64,000 nt of DNA from Paludibacter sp. UBA6032 (GTDB taxonomy: Bacteria; Bacteroidota; Bacteroidia; Bacteroidales; Paludibacteraceae). The stretch spans positions 52,855 through 116,854 of the forward strand of contig DIZI01000009.1 of NCBI GenBank assembly GCA_002427885.1, read 5' to 3'. Both the position numbers and the translations under genes were made by a program. Within the stretch, counting starts at the first letter, position 1; every line of letters starts with the position of its first letter. Shown one piece after another: positions 10,150 through 20,742 of this stretch. A model generated the notes under the pieces. It saw only the letters and a list, made by a program, of their open reading frames with translations, did not search any database and was not told the DNA's origin.

Positions 10150-12309
10150 TTAATTGTTTGGTACACTAAAGAAAAATGTAGCGCCTTTGTCAACTTCACT
10201 TTCTGCCCAACATTTTCCGCCATGCCGTACTATGATTCTATTCACATTGGCAAGCCCAATCCCGATTCCTTCAAAATCCCTCGCTTTATGCAACCGCTGG
10301 AAAACTCCGAATAGTTTATCTGCATATTTCATATCAAATCCGGCACCGTTATCCCTGATATAAAATATTGTCTGGTCATTCTCTATTTTAGTTCCAATAT
10401 CAATTACTGTTTTTTCTTTGTTTCGTGAATATTTCAACGCGTTGGAGATCAAATTAACCCAAACCTGATTGATTAAGGTTTCGTCACCTATTGCATCCGG
10501 AAGTTCAGTTATATTTATTTCAACATTTCTGCCAACTATTTCATCGCTGAAAGTTTTAATCACATTGGTTACAAGGCTTTTTGAATCGATTTTTGTTCGT
10601 TGAAGTTCTGCCCTGCTAAATCTTGAAAAGGTCAATAATGCATCGATGAGATTCCCCATTTCAATGTATGACTCTGATATGATGTTCAAATACCGTAATC
10701 CTGATTCGTCGAGTTGAGCTGAATTATTTTTAACCAGTAAATCCACAAAACCTCCAATATGTCTTAAAGGTGCCCGCAAATCATGAGAGACTGAATAGCT
10801 GAATGCTTCGAGTTCTTTATTGGCTGCTTCCTGTTTTTCTTTTTCTTCATTCTGAAAGACAAGTTCCTTGTTAGCAATGACTAACTCTGCAGCCCGTTTT
10901 CCTTTTTCTTTGTTTTGAAAGACAAGTTCTTTGTCAGCAATGATTAACTCTTCGGCACGTTTCCCTTTTTCTTCATTTTGAAATTCAAGTTCTTTGTCAG
11001 CAATGATTAACTCTGCGGCCCGCTTTTCTTTTTCTTCATTTTGAAAGACGAGCTCTTTGTTGGCAATGATTAACTCATCTGCCCGCTTTTCTTTTTCCCT
11101 ATTTTGAAAAGCAAGTTCTTTGTTGGCAATGATCAACTCATCTGCCCGTTTTTCTTTTTCCTTATTTTGGAAGGCAAATTCTTTATTAGCAATGATTAAC
11201 TCTTCGGCACGTTTTTCTTTCTCCTCATTTTGAAAGGCTAGCTCTTTGTTAGCAATGCTTAACTCATCAGCACGTTTTTCTTTTTCCCTGTTTTGAAAGG
11301 CAAGTTCCTTGTTCGCAATGATTGATTCCTTAGCCCGTTTCTCTTTTTCCTCATTTTGAAATTCAAGCTCCTTGTTTGCAATGATTAACTCATCAGCCCG
11401 CTTTTCTTTCTCTTTGTTTTGAGAAGCAAGCTTTTTGTTGGCAATAATTAGCTCATCTGCCCGTGTTTCTTTCTCGGTATTTTGAAAGGCAAGTTCTTTG
11501 TTGGCAATGATTAACTCATCAGCCCGTTTTTCTTTTTCTCTGTTTTGAAAGGCAAGTTCTTTGTTTGCAACGATTAATTCTGCTGCCCGCTTTTCTTTCT
11601 CCTCGTTTTGAAAGGCAAGTTCTTTGTTGGCAATGATTAACTCTGCGGCTCTTTTTTCTTTCTCCCTGTTTTGAAAGAGAAGCTCTTTGTTGGCAATGAT
11701 TAACTCATCTGCCCGCTTTTCTTTTTCTTCGTTTTGAAAGGCAAGTTCTTTGTTAGCAATGATTAACTCGTCTGCCCTTCTTTCTTTCTCTCTGTTTTGA
11801 AAGGCAAGTTCTTTGTTGGCTACAATTAACTCATCTGCCCGTTTTTCTTTCTCTTTGTTTTGAATGGCAAGCTTTTTATTGGCAATAATTAACTCATCTG
11901 CCCGTTTTTCTTTCTCTTTGTTTTGAAAGGCAAGTTCTTTATTGGCAATGATTAACTCATCTGCCCGCCTTTCTTTCTCCCTGTTTTGAAAAACAAGCTC
12001 TTTGTTGGCAACTATTAATTCGGCGGCTCGTTTTTCTTTCTCCTCGTTTTGAAAGGCAAGCTCTTTGTCTGCTATGATAAGCTCTGCAGCACGTTTCTTC
12101 TTCTCTTCTTTTTGAAAAGCAAGTTCCTTGTCAGCAATGATTAGTTCCGCGGCCCGTTTCTTCTTTTCTTCCTTTTGAAAAGCAAGCTCCTTATCAGCGA
12201 TAATAAGTTCTGCTGTCAGTTTCTCTTTCTCTTCGCTTTGAATGAGAAGTTCTTTATTGGCAATGATTAACTCATTCGTTTTTTTACTTTTTTCCATAGC
12301 ATGATTCAA
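10150..12309 (-). CDS. Soluble histidine kinase (Cph1-like HisKA/HATPase) with a 23x21-aa coiled-coil N-terminus
   Basis: FSYSVSHDLRAPLRHI H-box, NLISNALK, DNGAGF, GIGIGLA; repeat ELIIANKELAFQNxEKEKRAx. Confidence 0.92.
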   Translation of the reverse strand: MNHAMEKSKKTNELIIANKELLIQSEEKEKLTAELIIADKELAFQKEEKKKRAAELIIADKELAFQKEEKKKRAAELIIADKELAFQNEEKEKRAAELIVANKELVFQNREKERRADELIIANKELAFQNKEKEKRADELIIANKKLAIQNKEKEKRADELIVANKELAFQNREKERRADELIIANKELAFQNEEKEKRADELIIANKELLFQNREKEKRAAELIIANKELAFQNEEKEKRAAELIVANKELAFQNREKEKRADELIIANKELAFQNTEKETRADELIIANKKLASQNKEKEKRADELIIANKELEFQNEEKEKRAKESIIANKELAFQNREKEKRADELSIANKELAFQNEEKEKRAEELIIANKEFAFQNKEKEKRADELIIANKELAFQNREKEKRADELIIANKELVFQNEEKEKRAAELIIADKELEFQNEEKGKRAEELIIADKELVFQNKEKGKRAAELVIANKELVFQNEEKEKQEAANKELEAFSYSVSHDLRAPLRHIGGFVDLLVKNNSAQLDESGLRYLNIISESYIEMGNLIDALLTFSRFSRAELQRTKIDSKSLVTNVIKTFSDEIVGRNVEINITELPDAIGDETLINQVWVNLISNALKYSRNKEKTVIDIGTKIENDQTIFYIRDNGAGFDMKYADKLFGVFQRLHKARDFEGIGIGLANVNRIIVRHGGKCWAESEVDKGATFFFSVPNN
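10825..12273 (-). repeat. Coding tandem repeat, 23 x 63 bp
   Basis: Units counted from the translation; protein repeats are near-identical while synonymous positions differ. Confidence 0.92.
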
Positions 12310-12531
12310 TAAAATTAACAGATTTTATTTTCAACTCCGATATCATCATACTTTCTAATTCAAAATGTTTTAGAAAATTCGACAGCTGATTATTAAAATA
12401 CCAGATATACAGCCAAATGAAAATTCTCAATTTGGCGATGAAGATACCGTCTTTTTCCTGATAATGTGTTACATAATTCTGAAAATAATTTACATAATTC
12501 ACATATTATCTTACCGGGAATATGGACCATA

Positions 12532-12566
12532 AAAAGAGCGTTATCAGATTGATAACGCTCTATTTT
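12532..12566 (-). terminator. Intrinsic terminator
   Basis: aaaagagcgttatc-agatt-gataacgctctatttt. Confidence 0.75.
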
Positions 12567-12638
12567 ATTCTCCTTTGGAGAACCGGCTTGTTTAGGTAGA
12601 ACTGAAAACCGAACGGCAAAATGTAAATTATCAGTGAC

Positions 12639-13784
12639 TTAAAAGATCTTTCCCACCTTAATAATCATGGGATCTTTCAGGACGATGGCACTTTCGGGGC
12701 ACATTTCCTGGCAACAGTAACAGCGGATGCATTTTTTATAATCGTACACCGGAGCTTTGGTTTTGTCTCCATTGAGCCAGTTAATGGCTTTACCATCAAC
12801 AGGACAACTGGAAACACAGGTTCCGCATTGGGTGCATTTTTCTTCTATAATTACAGGCTTCGAAACCAGTTGATTATTCAAAAAGGTGTTGACCCTGTTC
12901 CTTTTCACTGTTTTTACCGGGGTACGTTCCACGTTGAAATCCATGCAGATAAAGTCTTTCAAGGCATCACCAACGATTTCAATCTCATCTTCTTTGAAAG
13001 TTCCCGCACCCGTTTGACCACCTACCAGTGTAGTGGGAACATACAGCGGATTCAGGTTAATCATACGGCTGGCAGTAGCATCGAGTGCCACCGGATCGGT
13101 AGAGAAAAGCAACACGTTCATTGCACGTGGAGTGCCACCGCGAGGTCCGTTGCCTTCCATGGCCATGATTCCATCCATAATATACAGGCGTGGTTTAACG
13201 AAACTATTCAGATCAACCAGCATGCGGGCAAAGTCAGTGGCATCGGGCAACTTTACATGAAATTCGCCTTTACGCATTCCCACCACACAACCAAATTGGT
13301 TTTTGATAGCTCCTGTAAACCGTTCCAACGCGTGAGTTTTCATTTTTGGCAGACTGATGAGTCCATCGGCATCGAGTACTCCATTGGCAATATAGAATGA
13401 TTTATTCTGGTTTCCCTGTTCGAAAAACACTTCACGTCCGTCTTTAAAATCGGCAAGTTCAAGTTTCAATTCTTCGGCTACGTCAGCAATTCCTGCCTTT
13501 TTAGCGGCAGCATGGGGTGCACCGAATCCGGGAGAATCGCCATATTGTACAATAGCCCCTTGAGCTGCAAACAACCCGGCTACTGCCCGGAATACCGTTG
13601 GATGTGTATTCACACACTTTTCGGGAACTTCACCCACCAGCAGGTTTACTTTCAACAGAATTTTTTCACCCTGCTTTACGAAGGTTTCTGCACCACCCAT
13701 TAATTCCAATCCACGCGAAACCGCTTTTCTTACCTCTTCCGTGTTGTACGAACCACACCGGACTAATGCTACTTTACTTTTCAT
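12639..13784 (-). CDS. DUF362 protein with C-terminal 2x[4Fe-4S] ferredoxin domain
   Basis: LLKVNL, THP, PKMKTH, GAIKNQFG; CTQCGTC...CP and CIRCYCC...CP. Confidence 0.9.
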   Translation of the reverse strand: MKSKVALVRCGSYNTEEVRKAVSRGLELMGGAETFVKQGEKILLKVNLLVGEVPEKCVNTHPTVFRAVAGLFAAQGAIVQYGDSPGFGAPHAAAKKAGIADVAEELKLELADFKDGREVFFEQGNQNKSFYIANGVLDADGLISLPKMKTHALERFTGAIKNQFGCVVGMRKGEFHVKLPDATDFARMLVDLNSFVKPRLYIMDGIMAMEGNGPRGGTPRAMNVLLFSTDPVALDATASRMINLNPLYVPTTLVGGQTGAGTFKEDEIEIVGDALKDFICMDFNVERTPVKTVKRNRVNTFLNNQLVSKPVIIEEKCTQCGTCVSSCPVDGKAINWLNGDKTKAPVYDYKKCIRCYCCQEMCPESAIVLKDPMIIKVGKIF

Positions 13785-14061
13785 GTATTGTTTCCTGACT
13801 TACAGATGCGTTATTCTTTTATATACCTGTACTTTACCAGGTATATGATTCTTTACTAATTTGATTTCAAATGTAAACATATTTAATTAATAGTCCAAAT
13901 TATTCTACAGTAATCTATCCGATTGAAAAGCAGACGTATAGTTATGAATTTAGGTTATCGTGTTCTTTTTGACCTTTTATATTTTTGTATATAAGGTTTT
14001 AGTGTTATTTTTACACACTTCAATGCATTCAAATATACTTTAAATTGAAACTGAATTTAGT

Positions 14062-16737
14062 ATGAAAAAAATACCGGTTGTATTCCTGCTCTTTCTGTTT
14101 ATCCATACAGGTACCTTTGCACAGGGTTATTTGCATCGTAGTGGAACCACCATTGTGGATGGTACGAACAAAGAGGTTATTCTGCACGGCATTGGCATTG
14201 GGGGATGGATGCTGCAGGAGGGTTACATGTTCGGCAATAGTGGTAATTACTATACGCAGCATGCTTTGAAAGCAAAATTAGCTGCATTAATCGGAACCGC
14301 CGAAACTGAAAAGTTTTATACTAACTGGCGCAATAATTTCGTGCGGAAGCAGGATATAGATTCAATAGCCGCCTGGGGATTTAATTCCATACGGGTTCCG
14401 ATGCATTATAACCTGTTCAGGAGATGTTTTGCTGCCGATCCGCAAAACGATGAAGGATTCCGGTTGATTGACAGCCTGATTACGTGGGCAACCTTCCGAA
14501 ACGTGTATGTGATACTTGATATGCATGCTACTCCGGGAGGTCAAGGCGATGATACCGGTATTGCGGACAGGGATGCTACAAAACCTTATTTGTGGACCAG
14601 CACAGCCAATCAGGATACCTTGGTTCAGATCTGGAAAAACATTGCTGCCCGGTATGCCACCCAACCTTTTATTGGAGGTTATGACTTAATAAACGAAACC
14701 AATTATGCACCCATGAAGCCTACCAATCAGCTTCTGCATGATCTATTCGTACGAATCACCAATGCCATCCGGTTATCGGATACCAACCATATTATCTATA
14801 TCGAGGGCAATGACTGGGCCAATAACTTTACCGGTCTGACACCTGCGTGGGACGAAAACATGGCATACAGTTTCCATAAATACTGGAATGTCAACGATCT
14901 AAATTCCATTCAGGGAATGCTCAATTTACGTACTTCTACCAACAGACCACTTTGGCTTGGCGAAACGGGTGAGAATGGCAATGCCTGGTTTACGGCTTGT
15001 GTAAAACTGGCGGAAGCAAATAAAATAGGATATGCTAACTGGCCCTATAAGCCTTATGACCGGATTCAGAGCCCGGTAACCATAAAACCTTTTGCCAACT
15101 GGCAGAAAGTGCTTAATTACGTCAATAATGATGCAGTGCTGTCGGCTGCCGATTGCATTCTGTATCTCAAACAAATGACCGATGGGTTGCTGCTCGAAAA
15201 CTGCCGGATGAATAAAGATGAGATTGATGCCTGGGCACGTCAGCCTTTCGACGATACTACAAAACCGTATGCCAAAAATATGGTCCCGGGAATTATCTTT
15301 GCAGCAAATTACGATCTGGGAACGCAGGGTATAGCTTATAATGATATTGTTTTTCAGACTCTGAGTCAATCGGGAGCAGCATGGAATAACGGGTATGCAT
15401 ACCGTAATGACGGTGTGGATATAGAAGCGTGTAGCGATATTACACCTTATAATCTGGGTTATGATGTGGGATGGACAGACGATAATGAATGGATGCTCTA
15501 TACTGTTGAAGTAGCTTCGGCAGGTATTTACGATCTGAGCTTACGTTGCGCAAACGGTACTACGGTATCGGGCTTTATACATGTAGAAATGGATGGCACG
15601 GATGTTTCGGGTACGGTTACTATTCCCGGTACGGGTGGCTGGCAGACCTGGAAAGATTTCACAGTGAAAGGTATTACGCTTCCGGCCGGAAAACATACGA
15701 TGAAGGTTGTTTTCGATAAAGCCGGTTTTAATATCAATGCCCTGAAATGGACCACATCGGTTTCACCTGTTGTTATTCGTCCCTTGTCAGCCACTGCAGT
15801 TAACGATACAACTATCCGGTTAATGTACAATAAATCCGTGGCAACGAATGTTGTACCCATTGCATCCGATTTCAATCTCAACTCAACCATCGGTCATCCG
15901 GTAAGTAAGGTGGTTTATGACCCGGCGGATGCAAACTCGCTTTTGATTTATTCGCAGAACACCATCTTTTATAATGAATCATTGACGGTGGATTATTCAG
16001 GTTCAAACCTCCGGTCGACTGATGCAGATGTAGTTCCGGCATTTACAACTATGTTTGTTCTCAATAAAATACCTCCCCGGTATCTGATTCCCGGAAAAAT
16101 TGAATCCGAAAACTACTCTGTCATGTCTGGATTACAGACTGAAACCTGTACCGATACCGGTGGTGGTCTGGATATAGGGTATACCAATGTTGGTGATTAT
16201 CTAAAATATCTTGTTTTTGTCCAGACAGCCGGGATCTATGATTTGACCTTTCGGATGGCCGGTAATGGTGGTAAAGCAAGCTTATATTATGATGATCCGA
16301 CTAATACCGCCCTGATAGGCTCTGTTACTTTTACGGCAACCGGTGACTGGCAAATCTGGCGGGATTTCAAACTGTCGGCTCCATTGACAACCGGTGCGCA
16401 TACATTGAAAGTAACTGTTAATGTGGAAGGATTTAATCTGAACTACCTGAATTTTGTGCTGAATCCTTCAGCCCTGCATTCACCAATTACTACTGACGGT
16501 TTCGGATTGTACCCTAATCCTGCAAATGATGAGTTTACACTTGTTTACAACCCCGAAAGCAATTCAGTGAGGATAGATATTCTCAATATACAGGGAAAGA
16601 TTGTTCTTTCCGACGTATTTACGCATAGTGAACATATCAGCAATAAATACAATGCAACCCATCTTCAAAAAGGTATATACCTTGTGAAAATTAAGGATGG
16701 TACTAAATTAATGACCCGCAAACTGGTCATAAAATAG
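14062..16737 (+). CDS. Secreted GH5 glycoside hydrolase with CBM6-like modules and T9SS C-terminal domain
   Basis: Signal peptide, GFNSIRVP, LDMH, INE, FHKY, LGETGEN; two GGWQ/GDWQ CBM6-type modules; YPNPA...KLVIK. Confidence 0.9.
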   Translation: MKKIPVVFLLFLFIHTGTFAQGYLHRSGTTIVDGTNKEVILHGIGIGGWMLQEGYMFGNSGNYYTQHALKAKLAALIGTAETEKFYTNWRNNFVRKQDIDSIAAWGFNSIRVPMHYNLFRRCFAADPQNDEGFRLIDSLITWATFRNVYVILDMHATPGGQGDDTGIADRDATKPYLWTSTANQDTLVQIWKNIAARYATQPFIGGYDLINETNYAPMKPTNQLLHDLFVRITNAIRLSDTNHIIYIEGNDWANNFTGLTPAWDENMAYSFHKYWNVNDLNSIQGMLNLRTSTNRPLWLGETGENGNAWFTACVKLAEANKIGYANWPYKPYDRIQSPVTIKPFANWQKVLNYVNNDAVLSAADCILYLKQMTDGLLLENCRMNKDEIDAWARQPFDDTTKPYAKNMVPGIIFAANYDLGTQGIAYNDIVFQTLSQSGAAWNNGYAYRNDGVDIEACSDITPYNLGYDVGWTDDNEWMLYTVEVASAGIYDLSLRCANGTTVSGFIHVEMDGTDVSGTVTIPGTGGWQTWKDFTVKGITLPAGKHTMKVVFDKAGFNINALKWTTSVSPVVIRPLSATAVNDTTIRLMYNKSVATNVVPIASDFNLNSTIGHPVSKVVYDPADANSLLIYSQNTIFYNESLTVDYSGSNLRSTDADVVPAFTTMFVLNKIPPRYLIPGKIESENYSVMSGLQTETCTDTGGGLDIGYTNVGDYLKYLVFVQTAGIYDLTFRMAGNGGKASLYYDDPTNTALIGSVTFTATGDWQIWRDFKLSAPLTTGAHTLKVTVNVEGFNLNYLNFVLNPSALHSPITTDGFGLYPNPANDEFTLVYNPESNSVRIDILNIQGKIVLSDVFTHSEHISNKYNATHLQKGIYLVKIKDGTKLMTRKLVIK

Positions 16738-16755
16738 AATACTCAGTAGGCATGA

Positions 16756-16788
16756 AAGAGACTGTCTTATAAACAAGACAGTCTCTTC
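16756..16788. terminator. Bidirectional terminator
   Basis: aagagactgtctt-ataaac-aagacagtctctt between convergent genes. Confidence 0.75.
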
Positions 16789-16823
16789 GAATATTTAGCA
16801 TACAAATTGTATGCCTGATCCTA

Positions 16824-17336
16824 TTACTTGCTAACTGCAGCGGTTATTTTTGGAATATCATCATTTTTTGGAATAAAAGCAAAGTTCGAAAAATTAACCA
16901 TCCATCTGTTATCTATTTTTACAAGATGCAAGGTGTTACGTAACATGATTGGTTTACTCCAACTGGTCATAAATTGTCGAAGTGCAACAGCTGATTTTCC
17001 ATTTTTATCAATTATAATTTTCCTTTGTTCAACCTTCATATCAGCAGAAGAGCTGGTTGTATCAGAAGCCAACATTTTAGTAATAGTTTTAGTGTATTCC
17101 GCTTTATCCCATAATTCAGAAGGATCAGTGCCACAAAAAAGTCCATCTTCGGTTAAAAAAGATAAAAATGCATTAGCGTCTTTTGATTTAAATGCCGCTC
17201 CAATACTATCCAGGGTTTTGTTTACTTCGGCTTTTGTTGTTTCAGGATCATACGCAACCGTCTTTGTCTTCATTTGGCATGAAGTGACAACTATCATTGC
17301 CACCAGCATTAAATAATAATTTTTTCTCATTTTCAA
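16824..17336 (-). CDS. NTF2/SnoaL-like lipoprotein
   Basis: Lipobox VTSC; GTDPSELW motif. Confidence 0.75.
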   Translation of the reverse strand: MKMRKNYYLMLVAMIVVTSCQMKTKTVAYDPETTKAEVNKTLDSIGAAFKSKDANAFLSFLTEDGLFCGTDPSELWDKAEYTKTITKMLASDTTSSSADMKVEQRKIIIDKNGKSAVALRQFMTSWSKPIMLRNTLHLVKIDNRWMVNFSNFAFIPKNDDIPKITAAVSK

Positions 17337-17764
17337 TTGTTGTTTTAATCATTAGTATTATTAAATTTAGTAGGAATAATTATCCGCAATCTGATAATTG
17401 AATTCAACAGGGAATTTTATAATATACTCTATCCATGTAGAAACGACTACGAATAATGAATGAAAAAATCAAATTTGTTTTGATTTTCATTCTAAAACAA
17501 CATGTTTTATATAATGTTCACAAACAGTTGAAAATGACAGAATAATTAGACCCACAAGTGGCAGATAGGAAGTTCCTTAATACTTGGTTCATGCTCCTAA
17601 AGTTATCAGGAAAATACTACAGCAAACTATACAAGCCAATACGAAAGGAGGAGAATAGTACAGATTGCGTATTTGATCGAAATTGTAAATTAAAACAATA
17701 CTGTTTGACAAGTTTCTTATCTATATTTGACTGATTTGTAACGTAAATATTCCGATACAATCTT

Positions 17765-17772
17765 TATCTTTG
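17765..17772 (+). promoter_or_regulatory. Bacteroidota sigma-A -7 element
   Basis: TATCTTTG matches the TAnnTTTG consensus upstream of 17846. Confidence 0.6.
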
Positions 17773-17845
17773 CAGCAGTAATGAATAAAAAACCTGTATA
17801 GGTGCATCTGAAGCATTGACTTTAATTGAACTATAAATCAAAAAT

Positions 17846-20632
17846 ATGAAAATAAGTAAAATCACAGTTTTAATCCTTTTGTCAGTTGGGTTGCAAATAG
17901 CTCAAATACAAGCACAGACTACAAGTGTAAGTAACTATCTGGTTGCCCAACCTGTTCCGGACCGGACAGTAAACTATTGTGTGTCGGACAGCGGTGTTTC
18001 CAAACCAATCACCTGGGGATTAGATCTTGCCTGGCTCAGTAAAGAAAATATTCAGCGCGGTATTGCCTTTATGGGAGCCGATCGGGTGGATATAGTAAGA
18101 GCATCCTTTACACCAACTGCTCCTTTAGTTAATGGCGATCTGCAAGCTTCGCAACTTGCAACACTCAATCAACGATTGGCTATAATTGATTTGTTGGGAA
18201 CCAATACGGTAGTAATGCTTAATGACGACAACCCCAGCGTTGATGCCTCGTTTAAAGCTAATCCAGTAAATTGGGCATTACTGATGGACGTAACTACGAG
18301 ACGCGTCCAGGAACATGGTCGTAAAGTTGTTTCAATTGCGCCATTTAATGAACCTGATAATACCGGTACCGGACAAGGCACAACCACCGACTTTTACAAT
18401 ATTGCAGTCGAGCTGCGGAAAAATTCCCGCTTCGACAGTATCCGTATTTCAGGGGGTAACACCCTTAACACAGACGCAGCACTGACATGGTACAACCCTT
18501 TAAAGTCTAAACTAGACGAAGGAAATACCCATCAACTGGCAGGAAGTTTCGATAACTATGCAAATTTTTTTACAACGGTTAGAGCCGATGGTAAACATGC
18601 CACCAATGATGAGTTGCACAATGTCATGGAGGCCATGGTCGGTGTTGAATACGGGTTGCAAACCGGTATTTGGTGGGGTACGGCTGAACTGGCACGTGGT
18701 GAATTTGTAAAAGCCAGTGACGGAAAACGTCTGGGCTATGCCGAACACCGTCCGAACTGGACTGCAGCATCAGTCTATCGGGGTACTGATGGTAAAGTAC
18801 AAGCCTTCGGTGGCACTTCGGAAAGGCAGTCAGTTACCACCACCTATCGTTTTGTTTCAAAAGACAGGGATGTGTATTACGATGGTTATGGACCGCAGCG
18901 CGAATACACGATGGTGTTGCCGGGTGGTACCGGTTACCAGGTAGGGCAGACCAATGCCGAAAGAGTGGTGAATATCACCTGGGGTGATGATATCCAACCG
19001 GCTATTAACGGGCGCTATGTGTTGGTGAACCGTAACAGCGGCAAAGTGATGGAAGTGGCCGGTGGTTCTTTGAATGCGGGTGCCAATGTTCAGCAGGGCA
19101 CTAATACCGGCGCAACCTGGCAACAGTGGAATGTGACTCCGGTGGACTCGCGGATAGGTGGTGATTTTAGTTATTTCACGTTTACTGCAGTTAATAGCGG
19201 TAAGGCGGTGGACTTATTAAACTGGTCACTGGTTAATGGTGGTAATATTGACGCTTGGGATGATAACAAGAACTCGTTACAACAGTGGTACCTCGACTAT
19301 GCTGATAACGGTTGGTTTTATATTCGAAGCCGGTTCAGTACAAAATGCCTGGAGGTAGCCAATGCCAGTACTGCAGCGGGGGCCAATATTCAACAATGGG
19401 ACAAAGATGGTGGAACAAACCAACAGTGGCGTTTTCTTCCTGTTGGTGCAACCGTGGAGTTTGTTGCGCCCGCAGCACCGGCAAATCCGGTTGCCACAGC
19501 GAATGCAGCATCTATCCGGTTGGACTGGTCCGCCAATTCAGAGAGAGATTTGGCAGGATACAGCATTTTTCGCTCGGAAACGGCAGGAGGGTCTTATAAT
19601 ACCATTGCCCGTAACGTGACCTCAAACTCTTTTGTTGATAACACCGTAAGCACGGGTATACCATATTTTTATAAAATCAAAGCTGTGGATATCGCCCAAA
19701 ACAGTTCCGTTTACTCAAATGAAGTTTCGACAACTGCCACCGGCAACCACGACCTGACTACCCGCCTACGGTTTGACGGAAATACGCTGGATAGTACCCT
19801 GAATTTAAATCACAGCGCCTCATATGGTACCGTTTCATTCGTGGCCGGCAAAGTTGGCTCCAAAGCAATTGCACTGAATGGCACAGATGCCTTTTTACAA
19901 CTGCCACCCAATGTGGCAAATCATCAGGAAATTACTGTTGCTGCGTGGGTTTACTGGAACGGAGGCACTACCGCAGGACAACGCATCTTCGACTTTGGCA
20001 GCAGCCAGACAGAATATATGTATTTATCCCCAAAAGTAATTTTTGGTGGGTTGCGTTTTGCCATTATGAATGGCGGCGTTGAACAACAATTGAATGCACC
20101 CGCTCTCCCTACGGGCAAATGGACACATGTGGCGGTGACACTGGGTGCATTGGGAGCAAGCATGTATGTCAATGGTGTACAGGTGGCTACATCCAATGCT
20201 ATTACTATAAGTCCTTTGAATTTTAAACCTATGTTGAACTATATCGGACGCAGTCAATTTACTTACCCGTTCTTAAATGGTTCAGTTGACGATTTCAGAA
20301 TTTACAACTATGCATTGCCCTCCAACGAAATTGCTCAGCTTTCAGGAATTCTTTCTAAAGTGGAAGATGTGAAATATAACAGCGAAAGCGACCTGACGTT
20401 ATGGCCATTGCCAGCAAATGATATGCTGAATGTGAGTTGGACCTCTGCAAACAACAGCGATATGTCAACACTTAAGATGTTTGATACCTATGGCAGGCTG
20501 GTAATGAATAAGGAGATTAAATATACTTCCGATACGAAACTTAAAGTTTCCGATTTTCCATCCGGTATCTATCTGCTTAAGTTGACCACCGGTAAAGAAA
20601 CATTTATGAAAAAACTGATCATAAATCATTAA
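17846..20632 (+). CDS. Secreted glycoside-hydrolase-like protein with ricin/CBM13, Fn3, LamG and T9SS domains
   Basis: Signal peptide, PFNEPD (clan GH-A-like), QQW ricin repeats, Fn3, WTHVAVT LamG, GIYLLK...KKLII tail. Confidence 0.82.
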   Translation: MKISKITVLILLSVGLQIAQIQAQTTSVSNYLVAQPVPDRTVNYCVSDSGVSKPITWGLDLAWLSKENIQRGIAFMGADRVDIVRASFTPTAPLVNGDLQASQLATLNQRLAIIDLLGTNTVVMLNDDNPSVDASFKANPVNWALLMDVTTRRVQEHGRKVVSIAPFNEPDNTGTGQGTTTDFYNIAVELRKNSRFDSIRISGGNTLNTDAALTWYNPLKSKLDEGNTHQLAGSFDNYANFFTTVRADGKHATNDELHNVMEAMVGVEYGLQTGIWWGTAELARGEFVKASDGKRLGYAEHRPNWTAASVYRGTDGKVQAFGGTSERQSVTTTYRFVSKDRDVYYDGYGPQREYTMVLPGGTGYQVGQTNAERVVNITWGDDIQPAINGRYVLVNRNSGKVMEVAGGSLNAGANVQQGTNTGATWQQWNVTPVDSRIGGDFSYFTFTAVNSGKAVDLLNWSLVNGGNIDAWDDNKNSLQQWYLDYADNGWFYIRSRFSTKCLEVANASTAAGANIQQWDKDGGTNQQWRFLPVGATVEFVAPAAPANPVATANAASIRLDWSANSERDLAGYSIFRSETAGGSYNTIARNVTSNSFVDNTVSTGIPYFYKIKAVDIAQNSSVYSNEVSTTATGNHDLTTRLRFDGNTLDSTLNLNHSASYGTVSFVAGKVGSKAIALNGTDAFLQLPPNVANHQEITVAAWVYWNGGTTAGQRIFDFGSSQTEYMYLSPKVIFGGLRFAIMNGGVEQQLNAPALPTGKWTHVAVTLGALGASMYVNGVQVATSNAITISPLNFKPMLNYIGRSQFTYPFLNGSVDDFRIYNYALPSNEIAQLSGILSKVEDVKYNSESDLTLWPLPANDMLNVSWTSANNSDMSTLKMFDTYGRLVMNKEIKYTSDTKLKVSDFPSGIYLLKLTTGKETFMKKLIINH

Positions 20633-20680
20633 TAAATCAGCAGTTTATTATAATTGTTGAATAACGGCATTTACATCAAG

Positions 20681-20716
20681 AAAATCCATCCCGAAATTGA
20701 TCGGGATGGATTTTTT
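20681..20716. terminator. Bidirectional terminator
   Basis: aaaatccatcccga-aattga-tcgggatggattttttt. Confidence 0.8.
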
Positions 20717-20742
20717 TGATTTGTTTTATAAAAGCAGGAGGT

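Noticed and set aside
10825-12273. Possible CRISPR or non-coding array
   Set aside because: In-frame coding repeats with mostly synonymous variation.
12284-12502. 72-aa ORF upstream of the repeat kinase as a frameshifted sensor domain
   Set aside because: No domain-like features; it lies in the probable promoter region.
20688-20707. Another copy of the CCCGATAGCTATCGGG palindrome
   Set aside because: Different loop; fully explained as a bidirectional terminator stem.
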